Assembly: GCF_000020225.1 (NCBI RefSeq)
Contig: NC_010655.1
Span: forward strand, 1 to 32,000
Length of the DNA stretch: 32,000 bases
DNA from: Akkermansia muciniphila ATCC BAA-835
GTDB taxonomy: Bacteria > Verrucomicrobiota > Verrucomicrobiia > Verrucomicrobiales > Akkermansiaceae
Direction: 5' to 3'
The notes below the pieces were generated by a model. It saw only the letters and a list, made by a program, of their open reading frames with translations, made no database searches and had not been told where the DNA came from. Positions 21,346-29,373 of the stretch are shown here, piece by piece (position 1 is the first letter of the stretch; every line of letters begins with the position of its first letter). A program made the position numbers and the translations under genes.

Positions 21346-21386
21346 GCCCCGTCCTTCCCGCGCTGCGGCAGGACTGGGGCTTTTTT
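21346..21386 (+). terminator. Strong rho-independent terminator with no adjacent upstream CDS
   Basis: GCCCC-GTCCT (21346-21355) pairs with AGGAC-t-GGGGC (21370-21380), with one bulge. An inner CCGC/GCGG stem gives about 14 bp in total. TTTTTT follows directly (21381-21386). The nearest plus-strand stop codon is at 21065. Confidence 0.72.
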
Positions 21387-21413
21387 CATGTCCGGGATTT
21401 TCAAAAGGCGGCG

Positions 21414-21479
21414 GCATTCCCTCCTGATTCCTTCCAGGAATCAGGGATATTCCGTTTTTACAGAGGAATGCATTTTTTT
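21414..21479 (+). promoter_or_regulatory. Nested palindromic ATTCC/GGAAT element ending in a T7 run, upstream of the GH109 gene (second terminator, attenuator or operator)
   Basis: Five copies of the ATTCC/GGAAT pentamer occur in 54 bp (21416, 21427, 21437, 21449, 21465). There is a perfect 10-bp palindrome, CCTGATTCCT-tcc-AGGAATCAGG (21423-21445). The outer arms GCATTCC (21414-21420) and GGAATGC (21465-21471) are followed by ATTTTTTT. Confidence 0.4.
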
Positions 21480-21560
21480 CACCATCTGTGAAAGAAAGAT
21501 TCTCAAGCCTCAGTATCTATGGCAAACTGGGGATTCAAATCCTTTATATAATTACCATCC

Positions 21561-23006
21561 ATGGATAATTCATCATCACGCCGTCGTTTCCTTCAGACCC
21601 TGGGCCTGGCCACTGGCGCCCTGGCTGCCGGTTCCTTTGCCAACGCCCAGGAAGTAGCCCCCCTGGCTCCCAAGAAAATCACCATTCCGGACCCGAATAA
21701 CATCGGCCCCATGACCACGTGGCCCCCGCGCAAGCCCGGCGCCATCTACATGGGCGGCTTCAGGGCTCCCAAGCTGGACAAGGTGCGTGTGGCCTTTGTC
21801 GGCGTGGGTGAACGCGGTTCCATGCACGTGGGCCAGATGGCCGTTATAGAAGGTGCGGAAATTGTCGGCATTTGCGACCTGTATGAAGACTGGGCCAAGC
21901 GCAGTGCGGACGTCGTGGAAAAGAAGACGGGCAAGCGCCCCCCCATTTTCACGAAAGGACCGGAAGACTACAAGCGCATGATGAAGGAAGTCAAGCCGGA
22001 CGCCGTCATCGTCTGCCCCAGCTGGGAATGGCACTGCCGTGTTACCTGCGACGTGATGAAGATGGGCGCCCACGCCTTTGTGGAAGTGCCTATGGCCGTC
22101 TCCATCAAGGAACTCTGGGAAATCGTGGATACCTCCGAAGAAACCAGGAAGCACTGCATGATGATGGAAAACGTCAACTACGGACGTGAGGAACTCATGT
22201 ACCTGAACATGGTGCGCCAGGGCGTCATTGGCGACCTGCTGTACGGAGAAGCCGCCTACATCCATGAACTGCGCGGACAGATGAAGCAGGTGGAACGCGG
22301 CACCGGTTCCTGGAGAACCTATCACTACGCCAAGCGCAACGGCAACGTGTATCCCACGCACGGCCTCGGCCCCATTGCCCAGTACATGAATCTGGCCCGC
22401 AAGGACGACTGCTTCGGCAGGCTCGTCTCCTTCTCCAGCCCGGCCCTGGGCCGCGCCGCGTATGCCAAGAAAAATTTCCCGGCGGACCACAAGTGGAACA
22501 AGCTGGACTTTGCCTGCGGCGATATGAATACCTCCATCATCAAGACCACCATGGGCCGCACCGTCCTGGTGGAATGGGATGAAACCAGTCCGCGCCCCTA
22601 CTCCCGCCTGAATCTCATCCAGGGCACCCTGGGCACCTTGGCCGGCTTCCCGACCCGCGTAGCCGGGGAAAAGCTGGGCAACGGAAATTATCATGAATGG
22701 ATTGAAGGCAAAGAAAAACTGGCCCCTATTTTTGAAAAGTACGATCACCCGCTCTGGAAGAGAATCGGGCCGCTGGCCCTGAAGATGGGCGGTCACGGCG
22801 GCATGGACTTCGTGATGCTCTTCCGCATCATCGAATGCCTCCGCAATGGCGAACCGATGGACCAGAACGTTTATGAAGGAGCTTTCTGGTCCTCCGTCTC
22901 CGAGCTTTCCGAATACTCCGTGGCCCAGGGCGGCATGCCCCAGGTATTCCCGGACTTCACCCGCGGAGACTGGAAAACGACTGCTCCGCTGGGCATCGTC
23001 CAGTAA
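21561..23006 (+). CDS. GH109-type NAD-dependent glycosidase (alpha-N-acetylgalactosaminidase family; Gfo/Idh/MocA fold) with a Tat signal
   Basis: 481 aa. Twin-arginine signal SRRRFLQTLGLATGALAAGSFANAQ, Rossmann motif VAFVGVGERG, and the GGHGG loop (KMGGHGGMDF) described for GH109 enzymes. Confidence 0.92.
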   Translation: MDNSSSRRRFLQTLGLATGALAAGSFANAQEVAPLAPKKITIPDPNNIGPMTTWPPRKPGAIYMGGFRAPKLDKVRVAFVGVGERGSMHVGQMAVIEGAEIVGICDLYEDWAKRSADVVEKKTGKRPPIFTKGPEDYKRMMKEVKPDAVIVCPSWEWHCRVTCDVMKMGAHAFVEVPMAVSIKELWEIVDTSEETRKHCMMMENVNYGREELMYLNMVRQGVIGDLLYGEAAYIHELRGQMKQVERGTGSWRTYHYAKRNGNVYPTHGLGPIAQYMNLARKDDCFGRLVSFSSPALGRAAYAKKNFPADHKWNKLDFACGDMNTSIIKTTMGRTVLVEWDETSPRPYSRLNLIQGTLGTLAGFPTRVAGEKLGNGNYHEWIEGKEKLAPIFEKYDHPLWKRIGPLALKMGGHGGMDFVMLFRIIECLRNGEPMDQNVYEGAFWSSVSELSEYSVAQGGMPQVFPDFTRGDWKTTAPLGIVQ

Positions 23007-23086
23007 CAGCCGGCAATCTTCCCCGGCCCGAAGCTTTTGCGCCTCCATGGCGTGTTTCCGGGCCGGGGCAAAATGCCTCCTCTTCC

Positions 23087-23124
23087 AAAAACAGGCCCAG
23101 CTTGCAGGCGGCCTGTTTTTTATT
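23087..23124 (+). terminator. Rho-independent terminator of the GH109 gene
   Basis: AAAAACAGGCC (23087-23097) pairs with GGCCTGTTTTT (23110-23120), followed by TTTTTTATT. A second hairpin, CCCCGGCCC (23021-23029) with GGGCCGGGG (23060-23068), lies just upstream. Confidence 0.8.
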
Positions 23125-23307
23125 GCTCCAATGACACCCTATTCCGGAAGTTGAAGGGCTCCGCAGGCGCTCCACTTGCCGGGGAAAGCTCCCGGATGAC
23201 GCCAAAAAGCGGAACTCCATGAAATTTTCCTTCTGCGCGGAACCGTATTTAGGCAAGAAAAATATCCTGCAGAAAAACGCCGTTCCCCTTACATCACACA
23301 CGCCTTC

Positions 23308-24450
23308 ATGCTTTCCTATTGTACCAATATTCATCCCGCAGAATCCTGGGCGGAAACCAGGGAGGCTCTTTTCACCTGCGTTCCCCGCATCAGGCAGGAA
23401 CTCGCGGCGATGGACTCCCCTCTGAAGGATCTCCCCCTGGGCATCGGCCTGCGCCTGTCCGCCAGGGCGGCAGCGGAGCTTCTGGCAACGCCGCACGCCG
23501 CGGAAACCCTGAAATCATGGCTGGAAGACCAGGGCGCGCGCGTAGAAACCCTTAACGGGTTCCCTTACGGAAATTTCCACGGGCAGCGCGTGAAAGAACG
23601 CGTTTTCCAGCCGGACTGGACTACACCGGAACGTTTTGAATACACCTGCAACCTGTTCCGCATTCTGGCACTCATTGGTGACGAACAGGCTGACAGGCTG
23701 ACCGTCAGCACGCTCCCTGCCTCGCACAGCTGGTTTCATGCGGATGAAGAACGCATCTTCTCCCGGCTGGACGCCATGAGCGGATTCCTGGATGTGCTGG
23801 GCAGGCAGACCGGCTGCCTGATGCAGCTGGGGCTGGAACCGGAACCCTTCGGCCATTTTCACGATACGGATGGAGCCATCCGTTTTTTCAACGGCCTCCG
23901 CAACCGTTCCCGCCGTCCCGAACTTATCGAACGCCACCTGGGGCTGACATACGATACCTGCCATTTCGCCATTCTCCGGGAAGAACCGGAATTCACCCTC
24001 TCCGCCTGGGAGGAAAACAACATCGCCCTCTGCAAAGTGCAATTTTCCAACGCCCTGGAATGCCGCATATGTGGGGAGGAAGACCTGGAACGCCTCCGGC
24101 AGTTTGACGATGGCGTTTATTTCCATCAGACCAGCATCCTCCACCGGGAAGGCGCCATGCTTTTCCCGGACCTGCCCAATGCCCTGGCCTATGGGCGGGA
24201 TTATGCAGAGGAAATACGTGATTCCCAATGGCGCATTCATTACCACATTCCCCTGTACGCTTCACCGGAACCACCCTTGAAAAGCACGGAAGAATTCATC
24301 CAGAAAACGCATAATTTCCTCCGGAGCCGCAAAGGCCCGCAACCGCATCTGGAGGTGGAAACCTATACCTGGAGCGTCCTGCCGGACCACATGAAGATCC
24401 CCCTGGCAGCCCAGATTGCCCGTGAACTGCATTATATTGAAACCCTGTAA
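23308..24450 (+). CDS. Xylose-isomerase-like TIM-barrel protein (sugar phosphate isomerase/epimerase superfamily; EboE-like)
   Basis: 380 aa. The N-terminus MLSYCTNIHPAESW resembles, from memory, the conserved start of the EboE / TIM-barrel family. Alternating beta/alpha-like hydrophobic pattern. The superfamily call is moderately confident and the EboE subfamily call less so. Confidence 0.75.
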   Translation: MLSYCTNIHPAESWAETREALFTCVPRIRQELAAMDSPLKDLPLGIGLRLSARAAAELLATPHAAETLKSWLEDQGARVETLNGFPYGNFHGQRVKERVFQPDWTTPERFEYTCNLFRILALIGDEQADRLTVSTLPASHSWFHADEERIFSRLDAMSGFLDVLGRQTGCLMQLGLEPEPFGHFHDTDGAIRFFNGLRNRSRRPELIERHLGLTYDTCHFAILREEPEFTLSAWEENNIALCKVQFSNALECRICGEEDLERLRQFDDGVYFHQTSILHREGAMLFPDLPNALAYGRDYAEEIRDSQWRIHYHIPLYASPEPPLKSTEEFIQKTHNFLRSRKGPQPHLEVETYTWSVLPDHMKIPLAAQIARELHYIETL

Positions 24451-24454
24451 AGCC

Positions 24455-25414
24455 ATGATGCCCCGCATGCATCCCTCCGCCTTCCTGTCTTCCGGATTCC
24501 TGCTGCTGTCCACCGGTCTTTCCTCCTGCACATTTCTTCCCATGTTTTCCTCCGGAGGGCAGGAAACGCCGCGGACCCTGGGCGCACGCATGGAAAAACA
24601 CACGGAAGTCCTGCAAAAAGACATCGGGGAAAGAAACGCCAGCCAGCCCAAATCCATGGAAGCCGCCGCCAAATACATCGCCGGGAATTTCTCGGACATG
24701 GGGTACGCCGTCACCATGCAGCCCGTATCCGGAGGAAACGTGAAAAAAGGAGCGGCCATTTACAACATCCTGGTTTACAAGCCCGGCCTGTATTCCAACA
24801 ATCAAAGCATCGTCGTGGGAGCCAATTATGATTCCAGCGGACAGCGCAACAACGGCAGCGGAACGGCCCTGCTGCTGGAGACGGCGAGAGGCCTGAAAGA
24901 CATCCCCACCAATCACAATATCTATTTTGTCGCATACGCGAACGGAGCGGAGCCCGCAGGGAAATCCATCTCTTCCGGAGCCTGCGTGCATGCCAGCACC
25001 CTAAGCGGCAGCATTGGAGCAACCAACATCCTGGGCATGATCAATCTGGAACCCCAGAAGCTGGATGCCGGAGGGGAACGAAAACAGCCGGGCCCGGAAT
25101 CCTCCCGGGAAGCCGTTCTGTTCACGACCACCCCGCACGGCAAGAAATTTGCTGGCCAGTGCGCCGCCCCCTTCGCCAAATCCTGGGAGCAGGCGCCCGC
25201 TACCTTCCACCGGGAACCTTCCGCCCTCACAGGCAATGACCGCCATTACGCGGTCCTGGGCATTCCCACGGTCTCCTGCCGGAGCAAGTATCCCGTCACG
25301 GATGCCCGTACGGAAGAGTATGTGCAGGCGCTGACGGACATGATTCACCAGGTAGCGGACAACGACGCGCCCGAACCGGCAAAAAACGCCGGCCAGGGCG
25401 AGAAAGCATCCTGA
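24455..25414 (+). CDS. M28-peptidase-like lipoprotein, possibly catalytically degenerate
   Basis: The start was moved to the ATG at 24455, 4 nt after the upstream stop. Lipobox signal: MMPRMHPSAFLSSGFLLLSTGLSSC. M28-like blocks are present: NILVYKPG...IVVGANYDS, NNGSGTALLLETARGL, FVAYANGAEPAG and DRHYAVLGIP. Confidence 0.78.
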   Translation: MMPRMHPSAFLSSGFLLLSTGLSSCTFLPMFSSGGQETPRTLGARMEKHTEVLQKDIGERNASQPKSMEAAAKYIAGNFSDMGYAVTMQPVSGGNVKKGAAIYNILVYKPGLYSNNQSIVVGANYDSSGQRNNGSGTALLLETARGLKDIPTNHNIYFVAYANGAEPAGKSISSGACVHASTLSGSIGATNILGMINLEPQKLDAGGERKQPGPESSREAVLFTTTPHGKKFAGQCAAPFAKSWEQAPATFHREPSALTGNDRHYAVLGIPTVSCRSKYPVTDARTEEYVQALTDMIHQVADNDAPEPAKNAGQGEKAS

Positions 25415-25432
25415 CGTTTCCCTCTCTCCCCG

Positions 25433-26587
25433 TTACCGGGACAGCTTTCTCCTTCCGTGGCCGCCGCCCAGCATCAGCACAGGCATGAAGGAAAGGGCCA
25501 CCAGCGCAATAACCATAGGCATCCAATTGTCGGAATACCTCTGCATCAGGAACGAAGTCAGGGAAGGGCCGGCCAGCGTGCCCAGGGAATAACTCAACAG
25601 CAGAAGCTGGTTCATGGTCACCAGTTCATCCCGGGAAGCTTCCTCGCATCCCCAGGCCATGGCAACAGGGTACAGGGAAAATCCGGCCAGCCCCAGAGCA
25701 ATCAGGGAGGGAGCCATCAGCCCCCCCTTCAGCATCAGCCCGGCACAGGCCGCCGCCACCAGCAGGGACTGGCATTTCATGACGAAAGCGCGGCCGTACC
25801 TGTCCGCCAGCCGCCCCATGGGCCACTGCCCCAGAATGGCAGCGGCAATCAGCAGGGCCATCCAGTATCCCACGGAAGAGTGGTCCATTCCCTGGTGCTT
25901 CAGGAACAGGGGCATCAGGCAATAAATAGTACCCAATACCACGCCGGAAATCACACATCCCACAACACCCAGAAAGACGCTGCGGCGTCTCAGCAGTGTC
26001 CGAATCTCTATATGGGAGGAGGATGAAACCTGTCCATTGCCCGGCTCCAGACGCGCAAACATCAGCGGAACCATGCCCGCCACTGATAAAATGCAGACTT
26101 CCGTCACAATCAGGGGCATATCGCTGGGGAACCAGCCCAGAAGCAACTGCCCCAGCACCGTACCCAGATAATAAACCACCATGTAGGAAGCCAGCAGAAT
26201 GCCGCGGGTTTGCAGCGTTCCGGCCCTCAGCAGGGCGCTTTCCACCACCACCCAGACCAGGGCGCAGCTGATCCCCGCCAGCAGCCGGAGGCCGCTCCAG
26301 GCCGGCACGCCGGGAAACACAGGCAGCAGAACGGTGGAGACTGCGCATAAAAGGCATGCATATTGGTAACTTCCTTTGAACCCGGCCCGGCGAATCACGC
26401 CGCCAGCCAGCAGCGTTCCGGCCAGGTTCCCGAGAAAAAAGAAAGCCCCCACCAGCCCTGCCTCCCAGGTGGCGGCATCAAATTGCTCCATCCACAGGGG
26501 AACAACCGTATTCAACACGGCAAACGCCACTGTCTGGAAAAGAAGCCCCGCCAGCAGCAGGGCAATAGGCCAGGTAAATGTACGCAT
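25433..26587 (-). CDS. ycaD: MFS transporter, YcaD/YfkF-like
   Basis: 384 aa from the ATG at 26587 (MRTFTWPIALLLAGLLF...). From memory it is collinear with E. coli YcaD along its whole length, for example VLNTVVPLW, WVVVESAL, GQWPMGRLADRYGR and YPVAMAW. The internal start is also supported by the promoter below. Confidence 0.86.
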   Translation of the reverse strand: MRTFTWPIALLLAGLLFQTVAFAVLNTVVPLWMEQFDAATWEAGLVGAFFFLGNLAGTLLAGGVIRRAGFKGSYQYACLLCAVSTVLLPVFPGVPAWSGLRLLAGISCALVWVVVESALLRAGTLQTRGILLASYMVVYYLGTVLGQLLLGWFPSDMPLIVTEVCILSVAGMVPLMFARLEPGNGQVSSSSHIEIRTLLRRRSVFLGVVGCVISGVVLGTIYCLMPLFLKHQGMDHSSVGYWMALLIAAAILGQWPMGRLADRYGRAFVMKCQSLLVAAACAGLMLKGGLMAPSLIALGLAGFSLYPVAMAWGCEEASRDELVTMNQLLLLSYSLGTLAGPSLTSFLMQRYSDNWMPMVIALVALSFMPVLMLGGGHGRRKLSR

Positions 26588-26602
26588 CACGATAAAGCGG
26601 GG

Positions 26603-26630
26603 ACTATAGCACCAAAGCCGCATCAGTCAA
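26603..26630 (-). promoter_or_regulatory. Sigma70-type promoter with extended -10 for the MFS gene
   Basis: The minus strand reads TTGACT (26630-26625), a 16-nt spacer ending in TGC, then TATAGT (26608-26603). That is 5/6 plus 5/6 matches with a TGn extended -10 element. The predicted TSS is about 9 nt upstream of the ATG at 26587. Confidence 0.55.
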
Positions 26631-26736
26631 CCGCCTCTTCCGTCGGAAAGAAAAACAAAAAAAGCGCCTTATCAACAAAAGACACAACACATTGATTGTT
26701 AAATTATTAATAAACAATTCAAAATATAGGGGACTG

Positions 26737-28143
26737 TCATATTCCCCGGCGCAGGGAAGCGGGCAGTATCTTCATCTGCTCCCGATATTTGGCCACCGTC
26801 CTGCGGGCGATGTTCACCCCTTTTTCCCGCAGCGCGGCCGCCAGCCCGGCGTCACTGAGGGGTTTGGAAGAATCTTCCTCCGCAATCAGCCGCCGCATCA
26901 GCTCTTGGACGGCGCCGGCAGCCACGGCTCCGGAAGCCGCCCCGTCCGGGGAAACGCCGCCTTCAGACGGAACTCCCGCACTGAAAAAGGATCTCAATTC
27001 TTTCATCCCCCACCTGCACAACAGGTACTTGTCCCGGCACGCCCGGGAAACCGTGGAAACATGAACCCCCATCTCCTCCGCCACTTCTTCCATGCCCATG
27101 GCCTTCAGGCGGGACGGGCCGGACCTGAAAAAATCCTCCTGCCTCCGCACAATGACACGGGCCAGGCGCAAAACGGTCTCCTGCCTCATATCCAAAGCCC
27201 GCAACAGCTCCTGTCCCTCACGGAACGCCCTGCGGAGATATTGCCTCAGCTCCCGGCTTCCGGAACCCTCAGCCATTAACTCCATATACCGTTCATTCAT
27301 GGACAGGCGCGGAAGATACTCGGAAGTGAGGATAACCTCCAGCACGCCGGAAGGCCCCTCCTCCACAATGACGTCAGGCAGCAGATGAGGGTTGCCGCCG
27401 GGGGCGTAGGCCCCCCCTGGATCAGGAGTCAGGCTCCTAATCACCTCCAGAGCCGCCGCCACGGCCCCCGGTTCCACGTCCAGCAGGCGTGCGGCTTCCT
27501 CATACTTGTGCGCCGCCAGTTCCCGCCAGCAGCGCTTGACCAGGCGGAAAGCAAGCGAACGCTTCAAACCGCGCTGTTCAAGCTGGATCAGCAGGGAATC
27601 CCTTAAATTCGCCGCCCCCACTCCAGGCGGGTCCATTTCCCTCAGCGCAGCCAGAGCTTCCTCCATGTCCCGCATGCTGAAACACCCCTGCTCTTCCAGC
27701 TCCTGCGGAGACTCCGTCAGAAACCCGCGTTCGTCCAAAGCGTCAATCAGCAGGAACAGGGCGTCCCGGGCGCGGCCCGTCAATGCGGAATGCTGCGCCT
27801 GATCCATCAAATGGGTTTTCAGGGATTCCGGAGCCACGACGGATTCATACATGAAATCACGGCGGGCGGCCGCGTCCCCAGACAGGCGGCCTTCCGCCGT
27901 AAACTCGTTCCACCCGTCCTCCCGCTCATTCCAGGCATCCCCGTCCGGACCGTCTTCCAGCGCTTCCGGGGAAGCGTCCGGCAACTCCTCAAGCATGGGA
28001 TTGGTTTCCAGCGCCTGACGGATAATCTGCCTTAATTCCAAAGCAGAAGCCTGAAGAATCTGCATCCCTGTCTGCATGGACTGGGAGACGGCCATCTGGC
28101 GCGTCATTCCATGCTGCAGGGATACCTCACTCATACCGCCCAC
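26737..28143 (-). CDS. rpoN: RNA polymerase sigma-54 factor
   Basis: 468 aa. Gln/Met-rich region I (MQTGMQILQASALELRQIIRQALETNPMLEE), a core-binding region, an HTH, and the RpoN box ARRTVAKYRE near the C-terminus. The start could instead be the in-frame ATG at 28134 or 28107. Confidence 0.93.
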   Translation of the reverse strand: MGGMSEVSLQHGMTRQMAVSQSMQTGMQILQASALELRQIIRQALETNPMLEELPDASPEALEDGPDGDAWNEREDGWNEFTAEGRLSGDAAARRDFMYESVVAPESLKTHLMDQAQHSALTGRARDALFLLIDALDERGFLTESPQELEEQGCFSMRDMEEALAALREMDPPGVGAANLRDSLLIQLEQRGLKRSLAFRLVKRCWRELAAHKYEEAARLLDVEPGAVAAALEVIRSLTPDPGGAYAPGGNPHLLPDVIVEEGPSGVLEVILTSEYLPRLSMNERYMELMAEGSGSRELRQYLRRAFREGQELLRALDMRQETVLRLARVIVRRQEDFFRSGPSRLKAMGMEEVAEEMGVHVSTVSRACRDKYLLCRWGMKELRSFFSAGVPSEGGVSPDGAASGAVAAGAVQELMRRLIAEEDSSKPLSDAGLAAALREKGVNIARRTVAKYREQMKILPASLRRGI

Positions 28144-28268
28144 AAGCTACACCACCCCCCGGAATCTGGCAAGGGGGAACACCCTGCAGCAAAAGCTGCC
28201 CGCACACCGCAGCAGCAAAAAAGGCCACCACTTTCATGTGGCGTTTTTGGAAAACGTTCATACAATAA

Positions 28269-28985
28269 ATGCCAATGAAGATTTTGCACATACTTGCTTT
28301 CTCCCTGCTGGCCTCCCTTCTCTCAACGGCTGCGCCGTCCCCTCTGACTCCGCTGCCACGGGAACAGCCCCAATGGTGGAGGAAGCAATATGAACAGCAG
28401 GTGGAACAAATAAAAAACAACCCCTGCGGCGTCCTTTTCCTGGGAGATTCCATTACGGACTACTGGAAAAGGGAAGGAAAACCAATATGGGAAAAGGCGT
28501 TCTCCCCCTATCATCCCTGCAATTTCGGCATTTCCGGGGACCAAACCACCAACCTGATTTACCGCATCACGGATTCCGGCATCCCGGCCCAAACGGACCC
28601 CAAACTCTGCATCGTCATGATCGGCACCAACAATACCGGTCATTTCAAAGGAGGGGAAGCCCCGGAAAAAACGGCCATGGGAATTCTGGGTGCCGTTGAA
28701 CACCTGCTGGTCAGGTTCCCGGACACCCACGTCCTCCTGCTGGGCATTTTCCCGCGCGGCACAGGTCCCCAGGACAAGCTGCGCCAGCACAACGACCGCA
28801 TCAACGCCATTCTGGCCCAGTGCAAGCTGCCCCGCACCACTTACGCCAACATCAACAGGCGCTTTCTGGACTCCTCCGGCAAACTGCTCCCCGGCATCAG
28901 CAGGGACAACCTGCACTTTACGGAAAAAGGCTACGCCATCTGGGCAGACGCCGTGCTGCCCTATATCAAAAAATACTGCAAATAG
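28269..28985 (+). CDS. Secreted SGNH/GDSL-family hydrolase (esterase/acetylhydrolase-like)
   Basis: 238 aa with a signal peptide. Block I VLFLGDSITDYW, block III MIGTNN, block V DNLHFTEKGY. An alternative start is the ATG at 28275. Confidence 0.9.
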   Translation: MPMKILHILAFSLLASLLSTAAPSPLTPLPREQPQWWRKQYEQQVEQIKNNPCGVLFLGDSITDYWKREGKPIWEKAFSPYHPCNFGISGDQTTNLIYRITDSGIPAQTDPKLCIVMIGTNNTGHFKGGEAPEKTAMGILGAVEHLLVRFPDTHVLLLGIFPRGTGPQDKLRQHNDRINAILAQCKLPRTTYANINRRFLDSSGKLLPGISRDNLHFTEKGYAIWADAVLPYIKKYCK

Positions 28986-29003
28986 CTTTCTTTCCCATCC
29001 TCG

Positions 29004-29044
29004 ACGCATGACTGTCGGAATGCCCCCTTCCGCCAGTCATGCGT
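29004..29044 (+). terminator. Strong composite hairpin 19 nt after the GDSL stop; terminator-like but without a U-tract
   Basis: ACGCATGACTG (29004-29014) pairs perfectly with CAGTCATGCGT (29034-29044). An inner CGGAA/TTCCG stem gives 16 bp in total, with a 7-nt loop. It is followed by GCGGTTCGGG, with no T run. Confidence 0.45.
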
Positions 29045-29373
29045 GCGGTTCGGGAACATATTTGTCAATCAATGATGAAGCTTACGCAGCAACAACTGTC
29101 CAGCCTTCATTTTGAAACTGCGGTTATGGAGCCTGAAAAGCACCGCTCATGTCCATCAATTCATTTTTCCCGGCGGCTCCGCCCTGAATGCTTATGAGTA
29201 ACGTCCGGACTTTGGGGAGCCCGCTTTAATAAACGGTTAAGATACAAAAGCAATACGGAGCATGGAAAGTATTTACCGCCAAGCCCGCAAAAAGCTGCAT
29301 GGATGCCAGGGCCCGCGTCTGAAAATTTTGCGCAGAACCGAAGTTGCAGTTGATTTGGAATAAATATATTATA

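Noticed and set aside
23165-23180. Sigma-54-like -24/-12 element aGGCgC-N5-TTGCc, about 130 nt upstream of the EboE-like gene. A second site, TGGCAC-N6-TTGC, lies at 31486-31501.
   Set aside because: The first has four deviations from YTGGCACGrNNNTTGCW, and GGC-N8-TTGC is expected by chance a few times per 32 kb. The second has the wrong spacing (GG to GC is 13 rather than 12) and lies inside a coding region. No bEBP gene is nearby.
29344-29372. TTGCAG-17-TATTAT promoter-like match immediately upstream of phzF.
   Set aside because: The predicted TSS would fall downstream of the only start codon that preserves the conserved N-terminus (ATG at 29374). It is therefore unlikely to be the functional promoter as drawn.
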